Of a stretch of 64,000 bases of DNA, positions 1-10,396 are shown in pieces (positions within the stretch are counted from its first letter, which is position 1; each line of letters starts with the position of its first letter). The DNA is taken from contig NIVC01001039.1 of the NCBI GenBank assembly GCA_002269645.1, positions 62,001-126,000 on the forward strand. Reading direction: 5' to 3'. Both the position numbers and the translations under genes were made by a program. This DNA is from Macrostomum lignano. Lineage: Eukaryota. The notes beneath the pieces were generated by a model. It did no database searches and was not told the DNA's origin. It worked only from the letters and a program-made list of their open reading frames with translations.

Positions 1-120
1 ACATCAAAGAAGAAAATAAAACTGATGATTAAATTTCTGTGAGTCCAAGTTCATCATTAACTCATCATTAATAAATTTTCAAGCAATTTGGCATTGTTTA
101 ATGAGCTTTTTGCTGGCTAG

Positions 121-234
121 CAAAGAATGACATCAATACACAGAGCCAGGGATCCTCCTGTGACAGCTGAGAGACGTGGCTCTGCTAGCTACATACCTCC
201 ACCCCCAAGCAAGAAAGATGTATTGCAGCAAAAG
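121..234 (+). CDS. REPS1: Internal exon of REPS1/2-like gene (QRMTSIHRARDPPVTAERRGSASYIPPPPSKKDVLQQK)
   Basis: AG at 119-120, GTAGGT donor at 235, 114 nt phase 0-0, in frame with the exon at 570. SYIPPPP resembles the Pro-rich segment after the first EH domain of REPS proteins. Confidence 0.65.
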
Positions 235-279
235 GTAGGTTTGCATAGGTGTGATTTACTTGCCTTTAGGTTTTTGTCT

Positions 280-410
280 ACTGGGGAATTGAAGATATTA
301 TCTAATGAGGAATTGGGATATTATCTTCTGAGGAATTGGGATATTATCTACTGAGGAATTGGGGGTATTATCTACTGAGGAATTAGGGATATTATCTACT
401 GGGGAAATCG
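280..410. repeat. Intronic minisatellite, ~23 bp (actgaggaattgggatattatct)
   Basis: gagg recurs at 307, 330 and 353. Confidence 0.8.
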
Positions 411-569
411 GATACTTAAGAGCTTCAGAAGAAACTGTCATTCTGACTCATTCAGACTACAGATAAATTAAAATTGCCTTTTTTCCTCTACTGCCTTCGT
501 CCCGCTCAGTAGAAAAGCGCGCAAATTGTAACTATTATTTAACTCACATTTAAAAACGCCCCCCCTAAG

Positions 570-1904
570 GTCGCCGGCACCGCCACGCCTGGAGACGCCA
601 GGGCGGCCAGTCTGGACCGCTCGGCGCTACCGCCGCCGCAGCCGAAGCCAAAAACGAAGCCCAAACTGAAGCCGGGCTCCTCTAGCGCCGACGCCGACGA
701 TGCACCCAGAGTTGTCGACGCTGCCGAGGCCGGCGGCGGAGTAGTCCGGCGCCACTCGGACGAAGACGCCGATCCCGGGGCCGGCGGCGGCGGCACCGAC
801 CAGTCTGGGCGCGGCAGCGGCGGCGGCTGGGCTCACTTCTCGGACGTCGACTCGGACACTGGCCTCATCAGCGGCTCGGCCGCTGGCCGCGAGCCTTTGG
901 CCGGCTCGGCCGCTGCCGCAGCATCCACTGGCGGCCGCGGCGCCTCTCGCCGACGTCATCGTCGGGCCGCCTCGTCGTCCTCGGCAGAAGGCGGCGTCGG
1001 GGGATCCAAAAACGACGACGGCGACGATGTCGATGACGACGATTCGACGTCGGATTCGGACGACTCCGACAGCCAGGCTGGCGACGCGCCCGACGGCCGG
1101 CACAAGTACGTTGAGGGCAACGGCGGCGGCGCTGGCGGCTTCGAGGATGAAGAGGACAGCTCGGACCCGCTGGCCATGACCCGCGAGCAGCGCGAGTACT
1201 ACGCCAACCAATTCCTCACCCTGTGCCCCAGCCTCACCGGCCGCATCACCGGCCCAGTGGCCAAGCAGTTCTTTGAGAAGTCCCGCCTGCCCCCGCCCGA
1301 GCTGTCCCGCATCTGGACCCTGTCCGACCGCGACATGGACGGCCAGCTCAACCTGGCCGAGTTCTCCACCGCGATGCACCTGGTCGTGCTGAGGCGCAAC
1401 AATGTGCCGATACCCGACAGGCCGCCCCCTGTTGCTGCCGGCTACGAGCCGCTGTCCGACCAGGACGAGGCTTCGCCGCCTCCGGCGATGCCGCCGCCAC
1501 CGCCAATTCACCAGCAGCAGCCGCCGCCAGAGCCGTCAGTCTTTGGCGGAATTCCTCCAACCGGTGTTGGCGTGCTTCATCCGACCCCTAGGAAACCGAC
1601 AGCGCATCAGCAGCAGCATCTCCTGCAACAGCACGCCGACCCGTCCGCTCCGACTGTGCCGCCACGAGCTGCCAACTATCAGCTGGCGTCCTCCGCTGCT
1701 GCCGCCGCCGCTGCTGCCGACGCAGCCGCTGTTGCCTCCGGCCAGCCGCCTAATCGGGAACGCCTGCTAGCGGCGGTGAAGGCTCAGAAAGAGAAGAATC
1801 ACACCCTGGTTAGGCTCAACAATGAACTGGCTGTCGAGCTCAAGGAGGTCACCGAGCAAAGGATTGCCTTGGAATTGGAGTTGGAACGGCTGAAACCGCT
1901 TTAA
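570..1904 (+). CDS. REPS1: Terminal exon of RalBP1-associated Eps domain protein (EH domain plus C-terminal coiled coil)
   Basis: AG at 568-569; frame open from 570 to TAA at 1904. EH domain MTREQREYYANQF...SRLPPPELSRIWTLSDRDMDGQLNLAEFSTAMHLV. The tail KEKNHTLVRLNNELAVELKEVTEQRIALELELERLKPL matches the REPS RalBP1-binding coil. The 5' part of the gene lies upstream of the window. Confidence 0.88.
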   Translation, partial: VAGTATPGDARAASLDRSALPPPQPKPKTKPKLKPGSSSADADDAPRVVDAAEAGGGVVRRHSDEDADPGAGGGGTDQSGRGSGGGWAHFSDVDSDTGLISGSAAGREPLAGSAAAAASTGGRGASRRRHRRAASSSSAEGGVGGSKNDDGDDVDDDDSTSDSDDSDSQAGDAPDGRHKYVEGNGGGAGGFEDEEDSSDPLAMTREQREYYANQFLTLCPSLTGRITGPVAKQFFEKSRLPPPELSRIWTLSDRDMDGQLNLAEFSTAMHLVVLRRNNVPIPDRPPPVAAGYEPLSDQDEASPPPAMPPPPPIHQQQPPPEPSVFGGIPPTGVGVLHPTPRKPTAHQQQHLLQQHADPSAPTVPPRAANYQLASSAAAAAAAADAAAVASGQPPNRERLLAAVKAQKEKNHTLVRLNNELAVELKEVTEQRIALELELERLKPL

Positions 1905-2087
1905 CAGTCCCTAGTCCTTAGTCTCCCGTCACTACTCACTGCCTCAGTTATTTTTTGCCTGACAACCAGATTATTAGTGCGGCATAACTAGATACTAGAT
2001 CAATTGATTCTTATTGTACAGTTTGTAGCTGCTGTCTGAAAATTATATTTTCTTTCTGGAATTCTTCCTAGTGTGACGGACGAACTA

Positions 2088-2772
2088 CGGTTGGAATTCT
2101 GCTTTGATTTCCGGTAGGAATTCTGCTCGATTTCTGGTTTGAATTCTGCTTGATTTCCGGTTGGAATTCTGCTTTGATTTCCGGTTGGAATTCTGCTTTG
2201 ATTTCCGTCTACTTGATTATCGGTTGGAATTCTGCTTGATTTCCGTCTACTTGATTATCGGTTGGAATTCTACTTGATTACCGGTTGGAATTCTGCTTGA
2301 TTTCCGGTTGTAATTCTGATTGATTTCCGGTTGGAATTCTGCTTTGATTTCCGTCTACTTGATTATCGGTTGGAATTCTACTTGATTACCGGTTGGAATT
2401 CTGCTTGATTTCCGGTTGGAATTCTGATTGATTTCCGGTTGGAATTCTGATTGATTTCCGGTTGGAATTCTGCTTGATTTCCGGTTGGAATTCTGATTGA
2501 TTTCCGGTTGGAATTCTGATTGATTTCCGGTTGGAATTCTGCTTGATTTCCGGTTGGAATTCTACTTGATTTCCGGTTGGAATTCTGATTGATTTCCGGT
2601 TGGAATTCTGCTTGATTTCCGGTTGGAATTCTACTTGATTTCCGGTTGGAATTCTGATTGATTTCCGGTTGGAATTCTGATTGATTTCCGGTTGGAATTC
2701 TACTTGATTTCCGTTTGGAATTCTGCTTGATTTCCGGTTGGAATTATGCTTGATTTCCGGTTGGAATTCTGC
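2088..2772. repeat. Minisatellite, 23 bp (ttccggttggaattctgcttgat)
   Basis: Direct tandem copies, period 23 (ccgg at 2412 and 2435). Confidence 0.95.
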
Positions 2773-3429
2773 TTTATTGATTCGTTGTCTTGCTGCTAAT
2801 CATAGATTTTGAAAAATATTTGCCTCTGTAGCGGTAAACTTGTTGGAAAACTCTGACTGTATCTGTCTGATTTATCTGGTCTAGCTAATCATAAAAGTGC
2901 AAGCTGTCTTTTTAGATCCGAATGAAAATCGTGCTCTTGGTATTCACCGTGTGCACCTGGCCATATGGCCATGCTTTAGTCAGATTTTTCTCCATCCCTT
3001 GTCTTCAAACTTGCAATGCCAGTCTGTAAATTATTATTTATATTATCTTGTTGAATAAATGCGTTCACCTAATCAGCTTATTAATCTCACGTTTTAATGA
3101 GTTTTTTGAACTGATAAATATTTTGTCATCAATTGTACTGACTGTACCCCACACCTGATCTCACGTTTGTTATTAATTTGAAGGCCTATTTTATTTTGAT
3201 ATCCGTTGATTGTTGCATTAATTACCCTGTCATCAAGTTATAAGTGTTATTGCTGCAACCAGCCACCTTTAGCTGTCTTGCAAACAATTCAGCGCATTGC
3301 CTTCAATAATTTGTCTTTTGTCTGCTTTTGCAAACCCTAGTGCGCAGTTCTCCATGACTAATTGTGGGCAGTGCGCTGGCACCTGTTCATTTGTAGAATA
3401 AATTTGGGTCTCATGAGTTTTATGGGATT

Positions 3430-4125
3430 CTAATAGTACTGTATAGGGAATTATTATGCCATTCTAATAGTACTGTATAGGGAATTATTATGCCATTCTA
3501 ATAGTACTGTATAGGGAATTATTATGCCATTCTAATAGTACTGTATAGGGAATTATTATGCCATTCTAATAGTACTGTATAGGGAATTATTATGCCATTC
3601 TAATAGTACTGTATAGGGAATTATTATGCCATTCTAATAGTACTGTATAGGGAATTATTATGCCATTCTAATAGTACTGTTACTGTATAGGGAATTATTA
3701 TGCCATTCTAATAGTACTGTATAGGGAATTATTATGCCATTCTAATAGTACTGTATAGGGAATTATTATGCCATTCTAATAGTACTGTATAGGGAATTAT
3801 TATGCCATTCTAATAGTACTGTATAGGGAATTATTATGCCATTCTAATAGTACTGTATAGGGAATTATTATGCCATTCTAATAGTACTGTATAGGGAATT
3901 ATTATGCCATTCTAATAGTACTGTATAGGGAATTATTATGCCATTCTAATAGTACTGTATAGGGAATTATTATGCCATTCTAATAGTACTGTATAGGGAA
4001 TTATTATGCCATTCTAATAGTACTGTATAGGGAATTATTATGCCATTTTGATAGTACTGGATAGGGTATTATTATGCCATTGTACTAGTACTGTATAGGG
4101 TATTATTATGCCATTCTAATAGTAC
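3430..4125. repeat. Minisatellite, 34 bp (ctaatagtactgtatagggaattattatgccatt)
   Basis: About 20 near-identical copies, period 34. Confidence 0.95.
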
Positions 4126-5149
4126 TAAAAGTACTTTAGTATGGAGAATCTTCGTTCCATACTCCAGTCCAAATTTTAGATTGTTAACTGATTTCTGACT
4201 GGCAGGCTAACAAACTAACCATTGATTTTTTGTGCAGTTGAAATTTATTTTGTTCTGCAAACTACTGAATCACACGTTCTCAGTAGTCACTATTGCACTC
4301 GATTCAATTAATAATTAATAATCAATTGCCCGACACTCAAATCTCCCAGCTACAGTCACCGTACTCTCTCTCTTCCTTCTCTGTGTTTCATAATAATATT
4401 CCCAAGTGTAAGATTTTGGACCAGGATAAATTCAGATTCTCGATTGTACGCGGCGGTAGCGGCTTTCGCACCTTATTTATTATCCTCATCAATGCAAGCA
4501 CTCTCTCGTTAAGATTTAATTGAACTTATTACATGCTTATTATATTACAGTACTATGGTACAAATATATACATATAGAGCTCAGATAGAGACTATAATTA
4601 TAACCCTTGGAATGTTGCGCAGACCTGTGCGAAGTCTGCAAAGCTTACTTTAGGCGTTCACAAATAGCGTAACTGTTATTGCTTTGACAAACTTTTATTT
4701 ATTTTGATTCTTCGTAATAAGAAAAACTGTCTGCTCTACTTATGAGTAGCATCCATTGTATGGGATGCTTGACCTTCAAGGCTTTCTGTATCAGCGTGTG
4801 TCGCCAATGCTGCTTCTTAGTGAGTTACAATTTAGCGCAAGTGGAACTCTACATCTAGCAGAAATTGTAAAATTTCTAGCTCTTTGCAAGTATATCTTCA
4901 ACTTTAAAAGATTGACTAGCAATCTAGTGCCCCCTTCGGGGCGCGCAATATGCAAGGAGCAAAAATCATTCATGGAAAACAGTTAAAAAAGCACATTTTC
5001 TTAAGAATTCTTCAGTTTTAAAATCACCTTATTCGAGTAAAATTGTCACGGTCAAAGTCAAAGATGTTTGTTTGCTATGAATCTCTTTTTTTCAAAAAAT
5101 TAACAGACGACAAAATGAAGCTTTCACAATGATAACAGACATTCCCCCT

Positions 5150-5650
5150 AAACAGAAAACATCCCAAGACAGCAAGCATCCCCCAGCTGATAGCAAGCAT
5201 GCCGCAGATAACAAGTATCTCCCAGATAGCAAGCACCGCCCTCCAAGAGTAAGCAACCGCATATCATCCCCTGATAACAAGCATCCCCCCCCAGATAGCA
5301 AGCATTCCCTGATAGCAAGCATCCCCCAGATAGCAAGCATTCCCTGATAGCAAGCATCCCCCAGATAGCAAGCATTCCCAAGATAGCAAGCATCCCCTGG
5401 TAGCAAGCATCCCCTGATAGCAAGCATCCCCAGATAGCAAGCATTCCCCAGATAGCAAGCATCCCCCAGATAGCAAGTATCCCCCAGATAGCAAGCATCC
5501 CCCAGATAGCAAGCATCCCCAAGATAGCAAGCATCCCCCAGATAGCAAGTATCCCCCAGATAGCAAGCATCCCCCTGATAGTAAGCACCCCCTGATAGCA
5601 AGCATCCCCTGATAGCAAGCATCCCCCCAGATAGCAAGCATCCCTGGATA
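5150..5650. repeat. Minisatellite, ~20 bp (cccagatagcaagcatc core)
   Basis: Tandem copies. The ORFs called here are repeat translations. Confidence 0.92.
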
Positions 5651-6469
5651 GAAAGAATCCCATACATGTAGCTAGTACCCCTCTCTCCCAAATAGCAAGT
5701 ACACCCCCCCCCTAGAGAGCCTAAGATATCAGCATCCCCAGTGAGCTTTGGCAATCAAAGACTCCCTTGTAAGCCATGGTTTAAACTCTAACTCTCCCTT
5801 TGACCTGCCTTTGGCTTGGTGCACCAACAACTTCCAATTGATCCTTGGCATCTCAGCAACCGGCCTCCATGAGTCAGCCCAGGTGGCACGAAGTACTTTA
5901 GAAGTACTTAACTAAGTCTTATCGCAGCAAAAGTAAATTTTATTACTGTGTAGTTTTTAAATAAATATATAAATAAATATTTTAATTAAATATTTTTAAG
6001 TAAAATTAATAAAGAGATTTAAGTGACACGCGCACCTGAGAACAAGAAGAATACGAGCTATGAATGGACCTACAATTTGCCAGAGGGAGTAGTTTTGGAG
6101 TGCAAGCAAGCTTCGTAAAAGTCAAGGTACGAGTGGTACATGTACCTGATCGGTGGCTGTAGACTGTTTGGCTGTCAAATGCATAAAAATTATGGCCGTT
6201 CAACAAACTGTCCTGTCAACCTCCCGAGAATTTCGCTTTAATATGTCTCATAGTTTAATGTGAGTTCTTAGAGTAGAGGTTTGCGTTTTTTTCTTGTGAG
6301 ATTTTAATTTTGACCAATTAGGCTTACCTTAAGTCCCACAATCACTGCTAATCGCAAAGAACTTTTGGAACTCTTAATTTTAGCTTTAACTTCGAATGCA
6401 TTATGTTCTTGACTTTGTCCTGCGAATTATTATAAATATCTAATGATAGCAACACTTACTTTATTGGAT

Positions 6470-6795
6470 TCCCTTCCCATATAAACTATCAGAGGGTGTC
6501 CTTAAAGGGGCCGTTTTACATGTACTCTTCCTATACATGTGCAAACTATAATGCTAGCTTATTGATGACACTATTTGTTTGCATTAATCTAATCTAACTT
6601 ATTTTGTTACACAAAGAAACAACCATCTCATACATCCCTTCCCATATAAACTATCAGAGGGTGCCCTTAAAGGGGCCGTTTTACATGTACTCCTCCTATA
6701 CATGTGCAAACCATAATGCTAGCTTATTGATGACACTATTTGTTTGCATTAATCTAATCTAACTTATTTTGTTACACAAAGTAACAACCATCTCG
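6470..6795. repeat. 165-bp tandem duplication; each copy has a degenerate histone stem-loop on the minus strand
   Basis: tcccttcccatataaac at 6470 and 6635. Reverse complement of 6497-6512 is GGCCCCTTTAAGGACA and of 6662-6677 is GGCCCCTTTAAGGGCA, each preceded by AAAAC. Confidence 0.85.
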
Positions 6796-7320
6796 GATAA
6801 AAGGAGATTAACTAGGCTCACAAATCTTTCTTTGAAATTTTAGTCTTACAACTTAAGCTCCGTCTATTTTAGACCTAGCCCAGTTTTACGAGAAAAACTA
6901 TTTAAACAATACACAGATAATAGAGACCTAACTATATAATCATACTTCAATTCTTAAGCCTGGCTCGTTTATTCGAAGGAAGAATGCAGTTTGAGCGGGT
7001 CTTTAGCTTGCTTTCTTGCTTTTTGTTCTTTTTCTTGTCCAGACTCCACTCCAGACCAAACCTACAGCCAGAGTTGTCACGTTCATATCAATTCTGCTTT
7101 ATCCTGCTTTGTCTGTTGAAATTTGCGTTGTTCGGTTGGTTCATTTCAACTTCTTTCGTTCGAGTTTGTAGCTTTCTTAGGATTAGCAGGCTGCTATAGA
7201 ACAAATAAAACTTGCAGTTCTACTTAGAGTAGAAGTGCGCATAAAAAATGATAGAAATTTAACATAATTTTATCAGCCAATAAGAATACGATTCATAAAT
7301 TATGATAATAGAAACTGCGC

Positions 7321-7328
7321 TATATAAA
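7321..7328 (+). promoter_or_regulatory. TATA box of the H3 gene
   Basis: tatataaa ~90 nt upstream of the H3 ATG. Confidence 0.55.
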
Positions 7329-7404
7329 CACGCGTTTTCTCATCACCCCGCCATTCACCATCCCCTTGTTGGCAGAGAACTATTAAATTCATTTCGCTTT
7401 GTAG

Positions 7405-7827
<423 letters not shown>

Positions 7828-7935
7828 ACTTTCCAATCGTATCGCAACGTATCCCGGTGATCCTTCGATTGGTTAGCTTCGTCTCGACATCGGCATATAA
7901 CAAAAGTCCGTCCATAGCAAACTGAACGCTAAAAC

Positions 7936-7951
7936 GGCCCTTTTCAGGGCC
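7936..7951 (+). terminator. Histone mRNA 3' stem-loop (SLBP site)
   Basis: AAAAC-GGCCCT-TTTC-AGGGCC-ACCAC: perfect 6-bp stem with 4-nt loop, ~110 nt after the H3 stop. Confidence 0.95.
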
Positions 7952-8268
7952 ACCACACTAAATTGATGTTAAAATCGCCTGCTTAGTTTAGTCAACTCAA
8001 AACCCCCTGCCTAAATTTGTATAGAACAGCTGCTGAGCTGCAATTATTCTGTTTACTCAAAACAGGCAATGTGCTACATTATTGTATGTTCGTACAGAAA
8101 AATTTACGGAATGTCTGAATAAAAACTTTAGGTAGAGCTCGGGATCTTAGCTTCATGCACATTAGAGTATTTATTGTAAGTTACATTACTTACATTGAAG
8201 TTTGTTTAGGATTAAATTCTGTACTTCGTGAACCTCTTGCTAGTTGACATTTTGTACGGTAATAAAAC

Positions 8269-8284
8269 GGTCCTTTTAAGGCCC
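8269..8284 (+). other. Second, degenerate histone stem-loop
   Basis: AAAAC-GGTCCT-TTTA-AGGCCC: one stem mismatch; no intact histone ORF directly upstream. Confidence 0.6.
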
Positions 8285-8659
8285 GTGAAGGAATTGCTAT
8301 TCACAATATACTAAATCTCTAATTAATAGCTGAATTTAGGAGGGCTGGGCCCGCTGGAGGTTAAGGAAGTTAAAGTAAACATTGTCATGTCATGGTGTAC
8401 GCTCATTTTTCAACGCTTCGAAGTCAATTTAATAAGGCTACTAAAAATTCAATCATGAAACAATGTGCTTGAGCTTGTGCAATATAGACTAAGGTAGACA
8501 ATAATTATTTTTTCACTAGTGGCGGAGCCACTCGCTTCATGCAGCACTTTTTAATATCAATTTGGTTGATTAGCCAGGTGTTAAGACGCTGGTCTTGTCC
8601 ATCGTCGAACCTTCACAACGTAGAAAACTTAGACAGCAGCCACATTCACAAGATCGAAA

Positions 8660-9874
8660 GGGGATGTCAACTTAAGCACCAGAATGAAGCCCGAAGTTCA
8701 GCTCCGGCCCAAACCGACTGCAATCGATAACTTGTCGGCCCAGACGACTAGAATCGCCGAGACATCCCATCCGGCTCCCTTCCTTGGGGTCCCAGGGGAT
8801 AAAGGGGATAAAATGGGGATCTCATGTCAACTTAAGGCTCTGGAATGGAGCCCGAAGTTCAGCTCCGGCCCAAACCGACTGCAATCGATAACTTTTCGGC
8901 CCAGACGACTAGAATCGCCGAGACATCCCATCCGGCTCCCTTCCTTGGGGTCCCAGGGGATAAAATGGGGATCTCATGTCGACTTACGGCTCTGGAATGG
9001 AGCCCGAAGTTCAGCTCCGGCCCAAACCGACTGCAATCGATAACTTGTCGGCCCAGACGACTAGAATCGCCGAGACATCCCATCCGGCTCCCTTCCTTGG
9101 GGTCCCAGGGGATAAAGGGGATAAAATGGGGATCTCATGTCAACTTAAGGCTCTGGAATGGAGCCCGAAGTTCAGCTCCGGCCCAAACCGACTGCAATCG
9201 ATAACTTTTCGGCCCAGACGACTAGAATCGCCGAGACATCCCATCCGGCTCCCTTCCTTGGGGTCCCAGGGGATAAAATGGGGATCTCATGTCGACTTAA
9301 GGCTCTGGAATGGAGCCCGAAGTTCAGCTCCGGCCCAAACCGACTGCAATCGATAACTTGTCGGCCCAGACGACTAGAATCGCCGAGACATCCCATCCGG
9401 CTCCCTTCCTTGGGGTCCCAGGGGATAAAGGGGATAAAATGGGGATCTCATGTCAACTTAAGGCTCTGGAATGGAGCCCGAAGTTCAGCTCCGGCCCAAA
9501 CCGACTGCAATCGATAACTTTTCGGCCCAGACGACTAGAATCGCCGAGACATCCCATCCGGCTCCCTTCCTTGGGGTCCCAGGGGATAAAATGGGGATCT
9601 CATGTCGACTTAAGGCTCTGGAATGGAGCCCGAAGTTTAGCTCCGGCCCAAACCGACTGCAATCGATAACTTGTCGGCCCAGACGACTAGAATCGCCGAG
9701 ACATCCCATCCGGCTCCCTTCCTTGGGGTCCCAGGGGATAAAGGGGATAAAATGGGGATCTCATGTCAACTTAAGGCTCTGGAATGGAGCCCGAAGTTCA
9801 GCTCCGGCCCAAACCGACTGCAATCGATAACTTGTCGGCCCAGACGATTAGAATCGCCGAGACATCCCATCCGG
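8660..9874. repeat. Tandem array of 8 TIR-core copies, alternating 161/152 bp (313-bp higher-order dimer)
   Basis: Equivalent positions at 8684, 8845, 8997, 9158, 9310, 9471, 9623 and 9784. A 9-bp ggggataaa indel and SNPs (cttg/cttt, tgtcaac/tgtcgac) alternate between units. Confidence 0.95.
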
Positions 9875-10174
9875 TTTCAAGTGATGAAGCTCTATTCAAT
9901 TCGAATATCGCATTAGCGTGTGTATTTTATTTCAGCTATTATATATTGTTTGCATTGTAATATTTCCGTCGTTTATTTTTCCGGATTTTAGAGAATGTTT
10001 TCGCGGTTTTGATTTGACCACTTTTGGGCGAGAGATTTTCGATACTGTGCGTCAAGTATTTGTAGCATTATTTTAAGTGATATATTAATGAAGTTAAGGT
10101 TTTGGTCAGTTTTTCTTTCTTAGTTTTATGACAGGTGCAGATTTGTTGCAGATTGCGTTTTATACTTGCTAGTA

Positions 10175-10396
10175 ATGTCCGATTTTACTTGCTCTCAATG
10201 TGGTCATCAATTCAGCAAAGCAGCCAATTTGAACCGACATCTCGAAACGACTAGATGTGGTCGCTGCTCATCTGAATCGTCTGGAGCCTTCGCGCCTCCG
10301 AGAAACGCACGAGAGGCGCTTCAGTTTCTTGCGGTCGGTGGTAAGTATGTGAAAGTTTTTTTTGAACCCAAACCTTTTTCCACGAACCGCAAATGA
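10175..10396 (+). CDS. N-terminal zinc-finger segment of the transposon protein (out of frame with the main ORF)
   Basis: ATG at 10175; CSQCGHQFSKAANLNRHLETTRC fits C-x2-C-x12-H-x5-C. Removing one T from the T8 run at 10356-10363 joins it to the transposase frame. Confidence 0.75.
   Translation: MSDFTCSQCGHQFSKAANLNRHLETTRCGRCSSESSGAFAPPRNAREALQFLAVGGKYVKVFFEPKPFSTNRK

Noticed and set aside
5745-5915. Protein-like open frame ALAIKDSLVSHG...STLEVLN, and the ORFs at 4756-4986 and 14043-14231
   Set aside because: No recognisable family and no consistent exon chain.
8660-9874. CRISPR-like repeat/spacer array
   Set aside because: The spacers are copies of each other, there are no cas genes and the context is eukaryotic. 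The same applies to all other arrays in the window.
8684-9916. Repeated 119-aa ORFs in the array
   Set aside because: They are translations of the TIR-derived tandem repeat, mostly starting from repeat-internal codons, with no domain signal.
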